This document shows, piece by piece, positions 1 to 12,724 of a stretch of DNA of 64,000 bases. The notes below the pieces were generated by a model. That model made no database searches and was not told the DNA's origin. It saw only the letters and a list, made by a program, of their open reading frames with translations. Origin of the DNA: Squalus acanthias (taxonomy: Eukaryota); assembly GCA_030390025.1 (NCBI GenBank), contig CM059431.1, positions 98,148,001 through 98,212,000 on the forward strand. The letters run 5' to 3'. The first letter of the stretch is position 1. Each line of letters starts with the position of its first letter. The position numbers and the translations under genes are program-made.

Positions 1-1795
1 GAGAACCTCAGGGAGAGAGAACCTCAGGGAGAGAGAACCTCAGGGAGAGAGAGAACCTCAGGGAGAGAGAGAACCTCAGGGAGAGAGAGAACCTCAGGGA
101 GAGAGAACCTCAGGGAGAGAGAACCTCAGGGAGAGAGAGAACCTCAGGGAGAGAGAACCTCAGGGAGAGAGAACCTCAGGGAGAGAGAATCTCAGGGAGA
201 GAGAACCTCAGGGAGAGAGAATCTCAGGGAGAGAGAATCTCAGGGAGAGAACCTCAGGGAGAGAGAACCTCAGGGAGAGAGAGAACCTCAGGGAGAGAGA
301 ACCTCAGGGAGAGAGAACCTCAGGGAGAGAGAACCTCAGGGAGAGAGAACCTCAGGGAGAGAGAACCTCAGGGAGAGAGAGAACCTCAGGGAGAGAATCT
401 CAGGGAGAGAGAACCTCAGGGAGAGAGAGAATCTCAGGGAGAGAGAGAACCTCAGGGAGAGAATCTCAGGGAGAGAGAACCTCAGGGAGAGAGAGAATCT
501 CAGGGAGAGAGAGAACCTCAGGGAGAGAACCTCAGGGAGAGAAGCTCAGGGAGAGAGAACCTCAGGGAGAGAAGCTCAGGGAGAGAGAACCTCAGGGAGA
601 GAACCTCAGGGAGAGAAGCTCAGGGAGAGAAGCTCAGGGAGAGAGAACCTCAGGGAGAGAACCTCAGGGAGAGAAGCTCAGGGAGAGAGAACCTCAGGGA
701 GAGAGAACCTCAGGGAGAGAGAACCTCAGGGAGAGAACCTCAGGGAGAGAAGCTCAGGGAGAGAGAACCTCAGGGAGAGAGAACCTCAGGGAGAGAGAAC
801 CTCAGGGAGAGAGAGAACCTCAGGGAGAGAACCTCAGGGAGAGAGAACCTCAGGGAGAGAACCTCAGGGAGAGAGAACCTCAGGGAGAGAGAACCTCAGG
901 GAGAGAGAGAACCTCAGGGAGAGAGAACCTCAGGGAGAGAGAACCTCAGGGAGAGAGAACCTCAGGGAGAGAGAACCTCAGGGAGAGAGAGAACCTCAGG
1001 GAGAGAGAACCTCAGGGAGAGAGAGAACCTCAGGGAGAGAGAACCTCAGGGAGAGAGAACCTCAGGGAGAGAGAACCTCAGGGAGAGAGAACCTCAGGGA
1101 GAGAGAACCTCAGGGAGAGAGAACCTCAGGGAGAGAGAGAACCTCAGGGAGAGAGAACCTCAGGGAGAGAGAACCTCAGGGAGAGAACCTCAGGGAGAGA
1201 GAACCTCAGGGAGAGAGAACCTCAGGGAGAGAGAGAACCTCAGGGAGAGAACCTCAGGGAGAGAATCTCAGGGAGAGAGAACCTCAGGGAGAGAGAGAAC
1301 CTCAGGGAGAGAACCTCAGGGAGAGAACCTCAGGGAGAGAGAACCTCAGGGAGAGAACCTCAGGGAGAGAGAACCTCAGGGAGAGAGAACCTCAGGGAGA
1401 GAGAACCTCAGGGAGAGAGAACCTCAGGGAGAGAACCTCAGGGAGAGAGAGAACCTCAGGGAGAGAACCTCAGGGAGAGAGAGAACCTCAGGGAGAGAGA
1501 ACCTCAGGGAGAGAGAACCTCAGGGAGAGAACCTCAGGGAGAGAACCTCAGGGAGAGAGAGAACCTCAGGGAGAGAGAACCTCAGGGAGAGAGAACCTCA
1601 GGGAGAGAGAGAACCTCAGGGTGAGAACCTCAGGGAGAGAGAGAACCTCAGGGAGAGAGAACCTCAGGGAGAGAACCTCAGGGAGAGAGAGAACCTCAGG
1701 GAGAGAAGCTCAGGGAGAGAGAGAACCTCAGGGAGAGAGAACCTCAGGGAGAGAACCTCAGGGAGAGAGAACCTCAGGGAGAGAACCTCACGGAG
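1..1795 (+). repeat. Purine-rich minisatellite, unit GAACCTCAGG(GA)n, 16-22 bp (runs off window start)
   Basis: Continuous tandem copies of gagaacctcaggga(ga)n with occasional gaatctc/gaagctc variants. Confidence 0.97.
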
Positions 1796-2289
1796 AGCGA
1801 AGTTCTTCCTTCTCCTTGTTGTCCCATGTCTTTTCATTCTACTTCAGACTGCTTGTGCCCAGTTGACCATTGTAATTAGGAAAAGCATGGCTCTGTGCCT
1901 CTGTCCCTTAAGTAACGTTCCACAGCTGTGTACCCGTGTTACTCCTCTTCACTGCCCCCCAACCCCCACCCACACCACCACCCTGAGAAAAATGAAGGCA
2001 ATCTTCAGGGGTCAAGGTCCTGATCCTCAGCCTGGACTCCCCCCCCCCCACTCCCCCCCAGATGGGGGCCACTACTGCCAATCAGTGAGCTGACCTGCTC
2101 TGGTATCACCAGGCATACCGTGGAGGTCACTGTCGGAGGGTGATGGGAATTGAAACGTGTTGGGAGTCCCTACCGCCGGTCCTGTCTTCACCCCACCCCC
2201 CATCCACCCCACTGGCCTAGTAAGAGGTCACTCTTACCACCCCCCCCACCCCCCCGCCCCCGATTGACTAATACCCGGACGCTAAGGGT

Positions 2290-2739
2290 TACATTACGAG
2301 GAGAGATTACACAAACTAGGGTGGTGTGTTCCCTGGAATTCAGAAGGTTAAGGGGCGATCTGATCGAAGTTTTCAAGATATTAAGGGGTACAGATAGGGT
2401 AGATAGAGAGAAACTATTTCTGCTGGTTGGGGATTCTAGGACTAGGGGGACATATTCTAAAAATTAGAGCCAGACCTTTCAGGAGTGAAACTAGGAAACA
2501 CTTCTACACACAAAGGGTGGTAGAAGTTTGGAACTCTCTTTCACAAATGGCAATTGATGCTAGATCAATTGTTAATTTTAAATCAGAGATTGATAGATTT
2601 TTGTTAACCAAAGGTATTAAAGGATATGGGCCAAAGGCGGGTAGATGGAGTTCGGTCGCAGCTCAGCCATGATCTCATTGAATGGCGGAGCAGGCTCAAG
2701 GGGTTAAATGACCTCCTCCTTTTCCTATGTTCCTATGTT
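2290..2739 (+). mobile_element. CR1 LINE 3' fragment
   Basis: Translates to [16 protein letters not shown] and FYTQRVVEVWNSL (CR1 ORF2 C-terminus); ends in (TTCCTATG)n tail. Confidence 0.9.
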
Positions 2740-2769
2740 CCCCCCCCCCCCACCCCCAGCACCAAGGTA

Positions 2770-3050
2770 CCGAAGGCTAGCGGTTGTGGGACTGCATTAA
2801 CAACCCAGGGGTTATGAAACTGAATTGGGCTCCCACCAGAAAACTACCACAAAAGCTGCTGGATTGTGATGAAAACCCAGCTGGTTCACTGATGCCCTTC
2901 AGGGAATGGAATCTGCCACCCCCTACCTGGTCTGGACTACAGGTGACTCCAGTCCCACATTACACGTTTGACTCATAAGGCCCTCAGGGCAACCGGGGAT
3001 GGGCAGTAAATGTGGCCTTGCCAGCGATGCCCACATCCCAAAAACAAATA
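2770..3050 (+). mobile_element. SINE-like element sharing its 3' tail with the LINE at 42034-43128
   Basis: Body ctggttcactgatgccct...cctggtctgg matches 63405-63690; tail taaatgtggccttgccagcgatgcccacatccc matches 43075-43112. Confidence 0.7.
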
Positions 3051-3749
3051 CATCACAATTAAATTCCCTGCCTGAGGCAGGGACCCAGTGTGTGTCTGAG
3101 ACCTGAGCCCTTCCAGCACACTCACACCTGAGTTTTGACCCCCTTTGTTTTTGTTCCAATTCCTTTAGAAATCCCACTATAATCATCCCCACAGCTAGAG
3201 TGGGGGATGTGGGCAGGCGATAGTTAGAGTGTTGGGGTTTTCTGGAGGAGTTGTGTGGCGTGGTCCATGACCTTTGCAGAGGTCAAGCCTCAGATTGCCC
3301 TTTAGGCTTTGAACCCACTTTCCCACTGACAGAACTCTCAACACTTTAATGGCTTGATATCATTGCCAGACATACTGTGGGATGGCAAAGCCACCCACAC
3401 CGTCCTTTTACAGTATGTCTGAGATTCGCGTTGCAGCTGTATAAACATTGTAGACATTTGTTTGATCATCATTTAGTCTATTATTCTACACTGTCTGAAA
3501 CAGCTGAAAGTTCATTATGGCCTCAGCACTGACTCTCAAAGTCAGGGAATGTATGTGTGTAATTCTTTACACAACTGTATCTGAGGCTGTTAGAGGAGGA
3601 ACCCTCTTGGTGCTCAGCAAGATCGCCTTGAATCCTTTTATTAACACATGTGTCAAGCGGTTACCATTTTAGCAATGAAACACGTTTGAAGGAAGGGGTC
3701 AGGTTATATTCCTTGTTAGCGGGTCTGTGTCCCGGCCTCTCACTGTACG

Positions 3750-3915
3750 CAGGGAAAGAAAGAACGACTTGAATTTCTCCAGAGCCTTTCCTAACCTCAG
3801 GACGTCCCAATGTGCTTCACAGCCAATGAAGTACTTTTGAAGTGTGGTCACTGTTGGAATGTAGGAAACGCGGCAGCCAATTTGAGCACAGCAAGCTCCC
3901 ACAAGCAGCTGTTTT
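3750..3915 (-). mobile_element. Deu-domain SINE (SacSINE1/AmnSINE1-like) 3' fragment
   Basis: Reverse complement of the 3' part of the SINE at 22700-22850. Confidence 0.8.
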
Positions 3916-4427
3916 CTGAGGGGAGAATTCGAGTGCAGTTTTTTGCCAACAGTCCTTGACTTAATGCCCCACTGTACTCATTCCATCCCAAAAAACCGAA
4001 AGTAGGGCAGCAATCCTACATATTTGTTGCATCAAAGGAAAGGGATCGAGAGATATTTCTGGCTGCAGCGACAGTTTGATGGACCGACCTGCAGACCGTA
4101 AACACAGAGAGTTCCACCATTTTACATTCCACGGAGTTTACAGCGTTGGTGAATTCCCGCTGTCAGTTTATCTGAAGGGATGTAAAGCAGACACTGTGTC
4201 TCTTCATTCTCAGTCCTGTTTTTGCTAAAAACACTTTCCTTTCAGTTTTTATCTTGATGTTCCTGTATTGTTCCTCCAAATCCCATTGGTTGAATGTCAA
4301 AAAAATCCAGACTCTAGTGAGAATGGTGGAATCATTTGTACAATTGCTGAGGGATTATTCACACTCTGAGCTCAGTGCCAGTGGGAAACTGTTTCAGCAA
4401 CGCATTGGCACTAAAGGCGAGTAGTCC

Positions 4428-4701
4428 AGCATTGCCAGCCCTCCAGGATTGGCCTGGAGTCTCCAGGAATTAAAGATTAATCTCCTGGACAACTGCTGCC
4501 AGTAAACACCCGGAGAGAAATCATCGGGACATTCAAAAAATGGTGTGTTTTTTTCCATTTTCTTTCAACACTTATTTATTATTAGTTATAAAACTATCGG
4601 AGACGGGAAGAAAAAGGCCATTTGACTGGGCGGGGCGACCAGAAACAAGAGGTCATGTGATGAAACCTCCAGGATTACGTCCAGCCAGAGTTGGCGACCC
4701 G
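4428..4701. mobile_element. Possible MITE remnant (hAT-like termini)
   Basis: Ends cattgccagccctccagga and gagttggcgaccc resemble degenerate GGGTTGCCA terminal inverted repeats. Confidence 0.35.
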
Positions 4702-4904
4702 CGTGTCGTCAAATCAGGAGTCAAGGCCCAAACTGACTCCGCAATGTCGCAGAGTGCGATTCCCTCCACTAGAGAGTCTTACTCCGTGTTAGGCTGGCCC
4801 TGACTCCGCATTCAATCTGCATTTACTGGATAGGTGAGATTTCACCGGGAAATCAATGGACTAAAAATTGGGAGCAGTGTGCCTCGATTTGTCGACCTCC
4901 TCCA

Positions 4905-5365
4905 GCCATGTATTGTGTCCAATTCTGGGCACCACACTTTAGGAAGGATGGCACTGTCTTGGAGAGGGTGCAGAGGAGATTTACTCGAGTGGTACCAGGG
5001 ATGAGGGACTTCAGTTATGTGGAGAGACTGGAGCAGCTGGGAGTTGTTCTCCTTAGAGCAGAGAAGGTTAAGGGAAGATTTAATAGAGCTGTTCAAAATT
5101 ATGAAGGGTTTTGATAGAGTAAATAAGGAGAAACTGTTTCCACTGGCAGGAGGGTTGGTAAAGAAAGGCGCTATATAAATGCAGGTCAGTCTTTCTTTCT
5201 TTCTTAGGGAAATTGGATAAATACTTGAAAGAGAAAATTATTCCTGGCTATGGGGAACGAGCAGGGGGGAGTGGGATTAATTGGAGAGCTCTTTCAAAGA
5301 GCCAGCACAGGTACGATGGGCCGAGTGGCCTCCTTCTGTGCTGTAAGATTCTATGATTCTATGAG
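4905..5365 (+). mobile_element. CR1 LINE 3' fragment
   Basis: [23 protein letters not shown]; tail gattctatgattctatg. Confidence 0.88.
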
Positions 5366-5869
5366 AGTGGTACAAGATTCTCGGAGAATTTACCCTCATA
5401 ACTGCAGCATTGGCTTGAAGCAAAACCACTTCACATTGAGGGCTGCAGCTGTGGTGTGAATGCTGCCTCAGTTACTGAAGTCTTAGGTAATCAGTCCAAG
5501 CAACAGTTTCCAATATCACAAACCTTAAGATTAAACGCTTCAAACAGCAGCTGGGGAAGGTTTCAGGAGAATGAAGACGATGGTTCGCAGATAAACTTTC
5601 AACACTGAGAAATTAGTTTGTTAATTTCATGCTCCCTTATTGTACCAGCCGTGGACAGATGTGAAACTGTGCACATCTGTTTGGAGTCAGACATCTGATA
5701 CAGAATTAAATTGCTACCACAGTTATTAACTGCTCCACACGATTGGAATTTCTCGTGATTTTGCAGTTGTTTTTTTACTGTCTCAACATAGCATAAAAGC
5801 ATTCCTGATTGGAAGAAAAAAAAACCTTTGCAAGTGCAATCATTGGCTGTGAGCAGGACCAAAAGTATG

Positions 5870-6082
5870 AATTGGCCAACATTTATCCCTCAACCAACAC
5901 CTAAAACAAATTATCTGGCCATTATCTCATTGCTGTTTGTGGGAGCTTGCTGTGCACGAATTGACAGTCACGTTTCCCACATTACAACAGTGACTACACT
6001 TCAAAAGTACTTATTTGGCTGTAAAGCGCTTTGGAACGGCCTGAGGTTGTGAAAGGCGCTGTATGACTGCAATTCTTTCTTT
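5870..6082 (+). mobile_element. Deu-domain SINE 3' fragment
   Basis: ggccaacatttatccctcaaccaac...gtgaaaggcgct matches the other SINE copies. Confidence 0.8.
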
Positions 6083-7404
6083 TGAGATCTAGTGGTCTTT
6101 GTGGGAAGTTCTACACAGATCTGACCGGTTCGAGTCTCAATCACCACCAAGTGATGAAAGCAGAAAGAGGAACGCCTTTAAACTGCTACATTATAGATCA
6201 AGAACGTCCAAACTGTGGCCCCAGATGTACATGCGGCTCCTCAACTCAATCCTCAAATCTGAAGGAAACTCAATCCGATTCGCATTTATATTTATTATCA
6301 CTGGTTTATCCTGAGCCTGGAGGTTTGGAAAGGACTGTTCTTCATGCTGTTGCCTCACTGGGGGGATCAATCCTACATCAGAACACCAGGACCTGCCAGT
6401 ACCAATGATTTGAGACATATGGGAATTAATGGGTATAGGGACTAAACTGTTTATGTGACCTTGACGATCCATGGTACATGCGCATGTGACTCATGAACAC
6501 AAAAGCGTGGACATGCTTGCTGTAGGTGACCAATATGCATATTTCATACACTGCACATAGACTTTCCCAATCTCAGATGTCTTGTAGTGTCCCTTAAATG
6601 AGGACAAAATCTCAGGAGTCGTTTTTTTAACTTGAGAACCCAGGTGAAAGGTCGAAGGCAACACTGTGCAGGAGACACACTAAGTTTGGGAAGAACAAAA
6701 AGAGGAGATGAGGGAAATCTTGAGAATGTTTAAGAGCATTCTTTCTCCGTGTTGGTGTTGAGGGCTAGGATGCTACATTCCATGCATGCCCAGAGTCTCC
6801 AGATTCCAGACTCACCGTTCAGATAACAGTGCAACACTAACCATGTCTACGCTAATTAATGTCGACGCAATTTCCTTCTACCAACACATCTTGATTGCAC
6901 TCATAGTAACGGCTATTACTGATGGTGCAAAGATCACGCAGACACTGAATAGAGTAAAATTCCTGCAACCAATTTGCTAACAGCCTACAGCGTTTCCATG
7001 TTTAAAATGTAATTATTCTTTGAACTTCATAGCAGATATGTCAACATGCTATCCATGGACTCCTTTCTTGTCAGGACAGTCAGTCTATTGAGTATCAAAG
7101 CTCAATGTACAAAATGCTTTTGATAACCAATGAAGGCAGGGTCGCACAGAGCAGGCTTTCAGAGCGGCTTTTTGTAACTGTGACAGACTCTTTTTTCACA
7201 AGACAGACTCAATGAGCCTTAATTGGATTATGCTGATACACTGCAAGCTTGATACCGAATCAACAGAAGGGAAGGGATTGGCTTGAGGTTCCATTCCTCC
7301 GGATTTCCCAAAATCAGACGGTTTCAACGCGTTATTTGTAAAGTACACTGCACTGTTAATTTTCACCGTTTCAAACCAGTATAAAAAATGCATTCAGAAG
7401 AACT

Positions 7405-7589
7405 TTTTTAGCCAGTACGTACCAAGCCCAACAAGAGACGGGGCGGTTCTGGACTCAGTTTTAGGGAATGAAGCTGGACTGGTGGAAGGGGTATCAGTGG
7501 GAGAGCATTTTGGTGCTAGTGACCATACTTCAGTTAGATTTAGCGTAGTTATGGAAAAGGACAAAGATAGACAAGGAGTAAAAGTGCTC
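7405..7589 (+). mobile_element. CR1 ORF2 endonuclease fragment, interrupted by a Penelope element; resumes at 8892
   Basis: PTRDGAVLDSVLGNE...VGEHFGASDH motif; GAGTAAAAGTGCTC duplicated at 7576-7589 and 8892-8905. Confidence 0.85.
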
Positions 7590-8891
7590 ACCGGAAAAAA
7601 GCCCACCGACTCCCACAGCTACCTGGACTACACTTCCTCCCACCCCGCCTCCTGTAAGGACTCTATTCCATTCTCCCAGTTTCTCCGTCTCCGCCGCATC
7701 TGCTCTGATGATGCCACCTTCCATACCAGTGCTTCCGACATGTCTTCCTTTTTCCTCAACCGAGGATTCCCCTCTACCGTGGTCGACACGGCCCTCGACC
7801 GTGTCCGTTCTATCTCCCGCACATCTGCCCTCACCCCTGCCCCTCCCTCCCGGAACCACGATAGGGTTCCCCTTGTCCTCACCTTTCACCCCACCAGCCT
7901 CCACATTCAACGGATCATCCTCCGCCATTTCCGCCACCTCCAGCGTGATCCCACCACCAAACACATCTTCCCCTCACCTCCCCTTTCAGCATTCCGCAGG
8001 GACCGCTCCCTCCGCGACACCCTAGTCCACTCCTCTACCACCCCCAGCACCCCTTCCCCTTCGCCCGGCACCTTCCCGTGCACGCGCAGGAGATGCAACA
8101 CATGCCCTTATACCTCCCCTCTTCCCACTGTCCAGGGCCCCAAACACCCCTTCCAGGTGAAACAGCGATTTACTTGTACTTCCTGCAATTTAGTATACTG
8201 TATTCGCTGCTCACGATGTGGACTCCTCTACATTGGGGAGACCAAACGCAGATTGGGTGACCGCTTTGCGGAACACCTCCGTTCAGTCCGTAAGGGGGAC
8301 CCCGAGCTCCCGGTGGCCTGTCACTTTAATTCACCGCTTCACTCCCACTCTGACCTCACCGTCCTCGGCCTATTACACTGTTCCACGGAAGCTCAGCGTA
8401 AGCTCGAGGAACAGCACCTCATCTTTCGTTTAGGCACGCTACAGCCCTCTGGACTCAATATCGAGTTCAACAATTTTAGATCATAACCTCAGCTCCAATC
8501 ACATTTATATTTTATTTAATCCACCCTTTTATTTGTCCCCCCCACCTTTTTTTTCCTCCTAGAAGCTGGCAGCTGTCCTTCATTCTGCCAGTGGATTTCA
8601 CACTTCATTCAGCCTTAATCTGTCACATTAACACCACCTCTAGCCTTGCATATCTCTTAATGTCTCTTCATCTCCTCCTTTGTTCCTTTATCCCCTCCCC
8701 CTTTTCCCAGCTTTACCCTGGCCTTAAATCTATTTGATTTCCAGCTCTTCCCAGTTCTGATGAAAGGTCATCGACCTGAAACGTCAACTCTCTTTCTCTC
8801 TCCACGGATGCTGCCTGGCCTGCTGAGTTTTTCCAGCGTTTTCTGTTGTTATTTCGGATTTCCAGCATCCGCAGTATTTTGCTATCGTATC
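7590..8891 (+). mobile_element. Penelope-like element, 5'-truncated: RT C-terminus/thumb plus GIY-YIG endonuclease, with 14-bp TSD
   Basis: KPTDSHSYLDYTSSHP..IPFSQFLRLRRICS, then NLVYCIRCSRCGLLYIGETKRRLGDRFAEH..GLN; open frame to 8486. Confidence 0.93.
8753..8789 (+). ncRNA. Minimal type I hammerhead ribozyme (Penelope-associated)
   Basis: AGTT-CTGATGA-A-AGGTC(ATC)GACCT-GAAA-CG-TC-AACT: core boxes, stems I and II, palindromic ACGT stem III, GUC cleavage triplet. Confidence 0.85.
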
Positions 8892-11800
8892 GAGTAAAAG
8901 TGCTCGATTGGGGAAATGCCAATTTTACTAAGCCGAGATATGATTTAGCAAAAGTGGACTGGAAACAGCTACTTGAAGGTAAATCAGTGTCAGAGCAGTG
9001 GGAGGCATTCAAGGAGGAGATCATGAGGGCTCAGAGCAAATATGTTCCCACAAAGAAAAAGGGTGGGACTCCCAAATCTAGAGCCCACTGGATGTGAAGG
9101 GACATACAGGGTAGGATAAGGCAAAAAAAGGAAGCTTATGTCAGATACCGAGTGCTAAACTGAACAATTGAGGGTAATAAAAGAAGCATACATTAAGTAC
9201 ATAGACAGCAGAGGAGAGCATGACAAGAGAGAATATGAAAAGATTAGGAGAGAAGTCAAAAAAACAATTAGGGAGGCAAAGAGGAACTATGAAATTAAAT
9301 TATCAAGGAACATAAAACAAAATAGTAAAATATTTTATAGGCACATCAATAAAAAAAGGAAGGTTGGGATGGGAATAGGGCCATTAAGGGATAGTCAGGA
9401 TAATACCACAGGTAATGTTAGGGAGATGGCAGAGATATTAAATAATTATTTTGCTTCAGTATGTATCAGGGAGATAGAACAGGTGGACATGACATTGGAT
9501 GATGAGATGAATAATGAGATAAGTGCATTTAAAATTAAAAAAGGGGTTATATTAAATAAATTAATCAAACTCAAAGAGGATAAAACCCCTGGTCTGGATG
9601 GATTGCATCCACGCATTTTAAAAGAATCTAGGGAAGAGATAGCAGAGGCATTACTACACATATTTAATAATTAGTTAGAAAAAGGTGCAGTGCCAGAGGA
9701 CTGGCGGACAGCTAACGCAATACTGATATTTAAGAAGGGGAATAGAACATGTCCAGGGAATTATAGACCAGTCAGCTTAACATCGGTGGTTGGAAAAATA
9801 ATGGAATCCCTACTAAAGGAGAAAATAGAAGAACATCTAGAAATGAAAAATATAATAATGAATAGTCAACATGGATTTCAAAAGGGAAAGTCTTGCTTGA
9901 CCAACCTTATTGAATTTTTTGAAGAGGTAACAGAGAGAATAGACACTGGTAATGAAGTAGATGTAATTTATCTGGATTTTCAAAAGGCCTTCAATAAGGT
10001 ACCCCATAATAGACTGATGAATAGGAAGAATAGGGAGGTCACTTATCACTTGGAGGGTGCGAGTCCAGGTGGGGTAGAGGAACAAAGGGATCTCGGAGTA
10101 GAAATACACAAATCACTAAAAGTAGCGACACAGTTTAACAAGGCCATTAAAAATGCAAACCAAGCAGTAGGGTTTATTTCTAGAGGGATAGAATTGAAAA
10201 GTAGGGAAGTTATGCTAAACCTGTATCGAACCTTGGTTAGACCACACTTGGAGTACTGCGTACAGTTCTGGTTGCCATATTATAAAAAGGATATAGAGGC
10301 ACTGGGGAGGGTGCAGAGATGATTTACAAGGATGATACCAGAAATGCGAGGGTATACATATCAGGAAAGGATGAACAGGCTGGGTTTTTAAGAGAAGCAA
10401 GGGAGGAAATAGCAGAGGCTCTGACCATCATTTTCCAATCCTCTCTGGCTACAGGTGTGGTGCCGGAGGACTGGAGGACTGCTAACATTGTTTAAAAAGG
10501 GAGAAAGGGATAGACCGAGTAACTACAGGCCAGTCAGCCTAACCTTGGTGATGGACAAATAGTTGGAAACATGTCTGAGGGACAGTATTAATCGTCATTT
10601 AGAAAGGCACGGATTAATCAAGGACAGTCAGCATGGATTTGTTAAGGGAAGGTCGTGTCTGACTAAGTTGTTGAATTTTTTGAGGAGGTAACAAGGAGGG
10701 TCGATGAGTGTAGTGCGTTTGATGTAGTCTACATGGATTTTAGCAAGACTTTTGACAAAGTCCCACATGGCAGGTTGGTCAGAAAAAGTAGAAGCCCATG
10801 GGATCCAAAGGAAAGTGGCAAGTTGGATCCAAAATTGGCTCAGTGGCAGGAAGCAAAGGATAATGGTCGACGGGTGTTTTTGTGACTGGAAGGCTGTTTC
10901 CAGTGGGGTTCTGCAGGGTTCAGTACTAGGTCCCTTGCTTTTTGTGGTATATATCAATGATTTAGACTCCAATGTAGGGAGCATGATTAAGAAGTTTGCA
11001 CATGATACAAAAATTGGCCGTGTGGTTGATAATGAGGAAGAAAGCTGTAGACTGCAGGAAGATATCAATGGACTGGTCAGGTGGGCAGAACAGTGGCAAA
11101 TGGAATTCAATCCAGAGAAGTGCGAGGTAATGCACTTGGGGAGGGCTAACAAGACAAGGGAAAACACAATAAATGGTAGGACACTGAGAAGTGTAGAGGA
11201 ACAGAGGGACCTTGGAGTGCATGTCCACAGATCCCTGAAGGTAGCAGGACAGGTAGATAAGGTGGTTAAGAAGGCATACAGGATACTTGCCTTTATTAGC
11301 TGAGGCATAGAATGTAAGTGCAGGGAGGTTATGCTTGAACTGTATAAAAAACCAGTTAGGCCACAGCTAGAGTATTGCGTACAGTTCTGGTCACCACATT
11401 ACAGGAAGGATGTGATTGCACTAGAGAGGGTACAGAGGAGGTTTACGAGGATGTTGCCAGGACTGGAGAATTTTAGCTATGAGGAAAGACTGGATAGGCT
11501 GGGGTTGCTTTCTTTGGAACAGAGGAGGCTCAGGGGAGACCTAATTGAGGTGCATAAAATTATGAGGGGCCGAGATAGAGTGGATAGGAAGGACCTATTT
11601 CCCCTTAGCAGAGGGGTCAATAACCAGGGGGCATAGATTTAATGTAATTGGTAGAAGGATTAGAGGGGAGTTGAGGAGAACTTTTTTTCACCCAGAGGGT
11701 GGTGAGGGTCTGGAACTCACTGGCTGAAAGGGTGGTAGAGGCAGAGACCCTCATCACATTTAAAAAGTACTTGGATATGCCCTTGAAGTGCTGTAACCTA

Positions 11801-11916
11801 CAGGGCTACGGACCTAGAGCTGGAAAGTGGGATTAGGCTGGATAGCTCTTTTTCGCTGCCACAGACACGATGGGCCAAATGGCCTCCTTCTGTGCTGTAA
11901 ATTTCTATGATTCTAT
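8892..11916 (+). mobile_element. Mosaic of CR1 ORF2 pieces from at least three subfamilies (about 8892-9160, 9165-10385, 10390-11916)
   Basis: PGLDGLHPRILKE, NYRPVSLTSVVGK, YLDFQKAF, QGSVLGPLLF, KFAHDTK motifs with stops and frameshifts; RT N-terminus restarts near 10390; tail ttctatgattctatg. Confidence 0.92.
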
Positions 11917-11924
11917 GGTTATAT

Positions 11925-12300
11925 CATCCCACCTCACAGCTGTAATTATTTCTTTAAACAATATTACGACCAGGAATGTTGAGCTGCCATTCCTGCCCCT
12001 CTTTCAGCCATGTTTCAGTAATAGCTATGATATCAGATTTCCACATGTCTATCTGTGCCCTCAGCTCATCTGCCTTATTCACTAGACTCCTTGCATTGAA
12101 GTATATACCATTAAGCCCTGCCAAACCCCTTTGTTGTCGATTTTCTATCCTTCGTTTTCTCTGCCTTGCAAACTCGCTTACTAATTTACTGCCTTCCATT
12201 TCCAGCTTAGCTTCTCTCCCTTCTGAATCTTCGCTCAGGTTCTCATCCCCCTGTCAAGCTAGTTTAAACCCTCCCCAACAGCACTAGCAAACCCCCCCAC
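11925..12300 (-). mobile_element. CR1 fragment, start of ORF2 endonuclease
   Basis: GIYFNARSLVNKADEL...DIIAITETWL. Confidence 0.85.
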
Positions 12301-12724
12301 CCCCGGCGAGGATATTCACCTTTCTAGTTGGTTAATGTCTACTTTAGTTATTCACCAATCATATTGCACCATGTTTCTCCCCAATCACCATATTAGTTCA
12401 TAAAACCTTCCACCAAAACAAAATTCAACCAATCAGCTTCCACCATGACAATCTTCTCCAGGAGAAAGCTGCTACGACAGTTTCTCACCTCCGTCACTAT
12501 CTTTCCCTAAAAATAATCCCGGAGATTCTGGAGAGTAACTAGGATTACTAACCCTCCCGGATTAGCCGGGACTTTCCTGGAACGAGGGCGCTGCTGCTCG
12601 CAGCCCAGGAGATTATCGCACATTAGATTTCCCACTGCGGCCCGGCCCCGCCCCCACCCCCGCCCTGTGATGCACCAACTGCCGCCGCAGGGAAACTGCC
12701 TGCTCGGTGATGGCACTTCCCATC

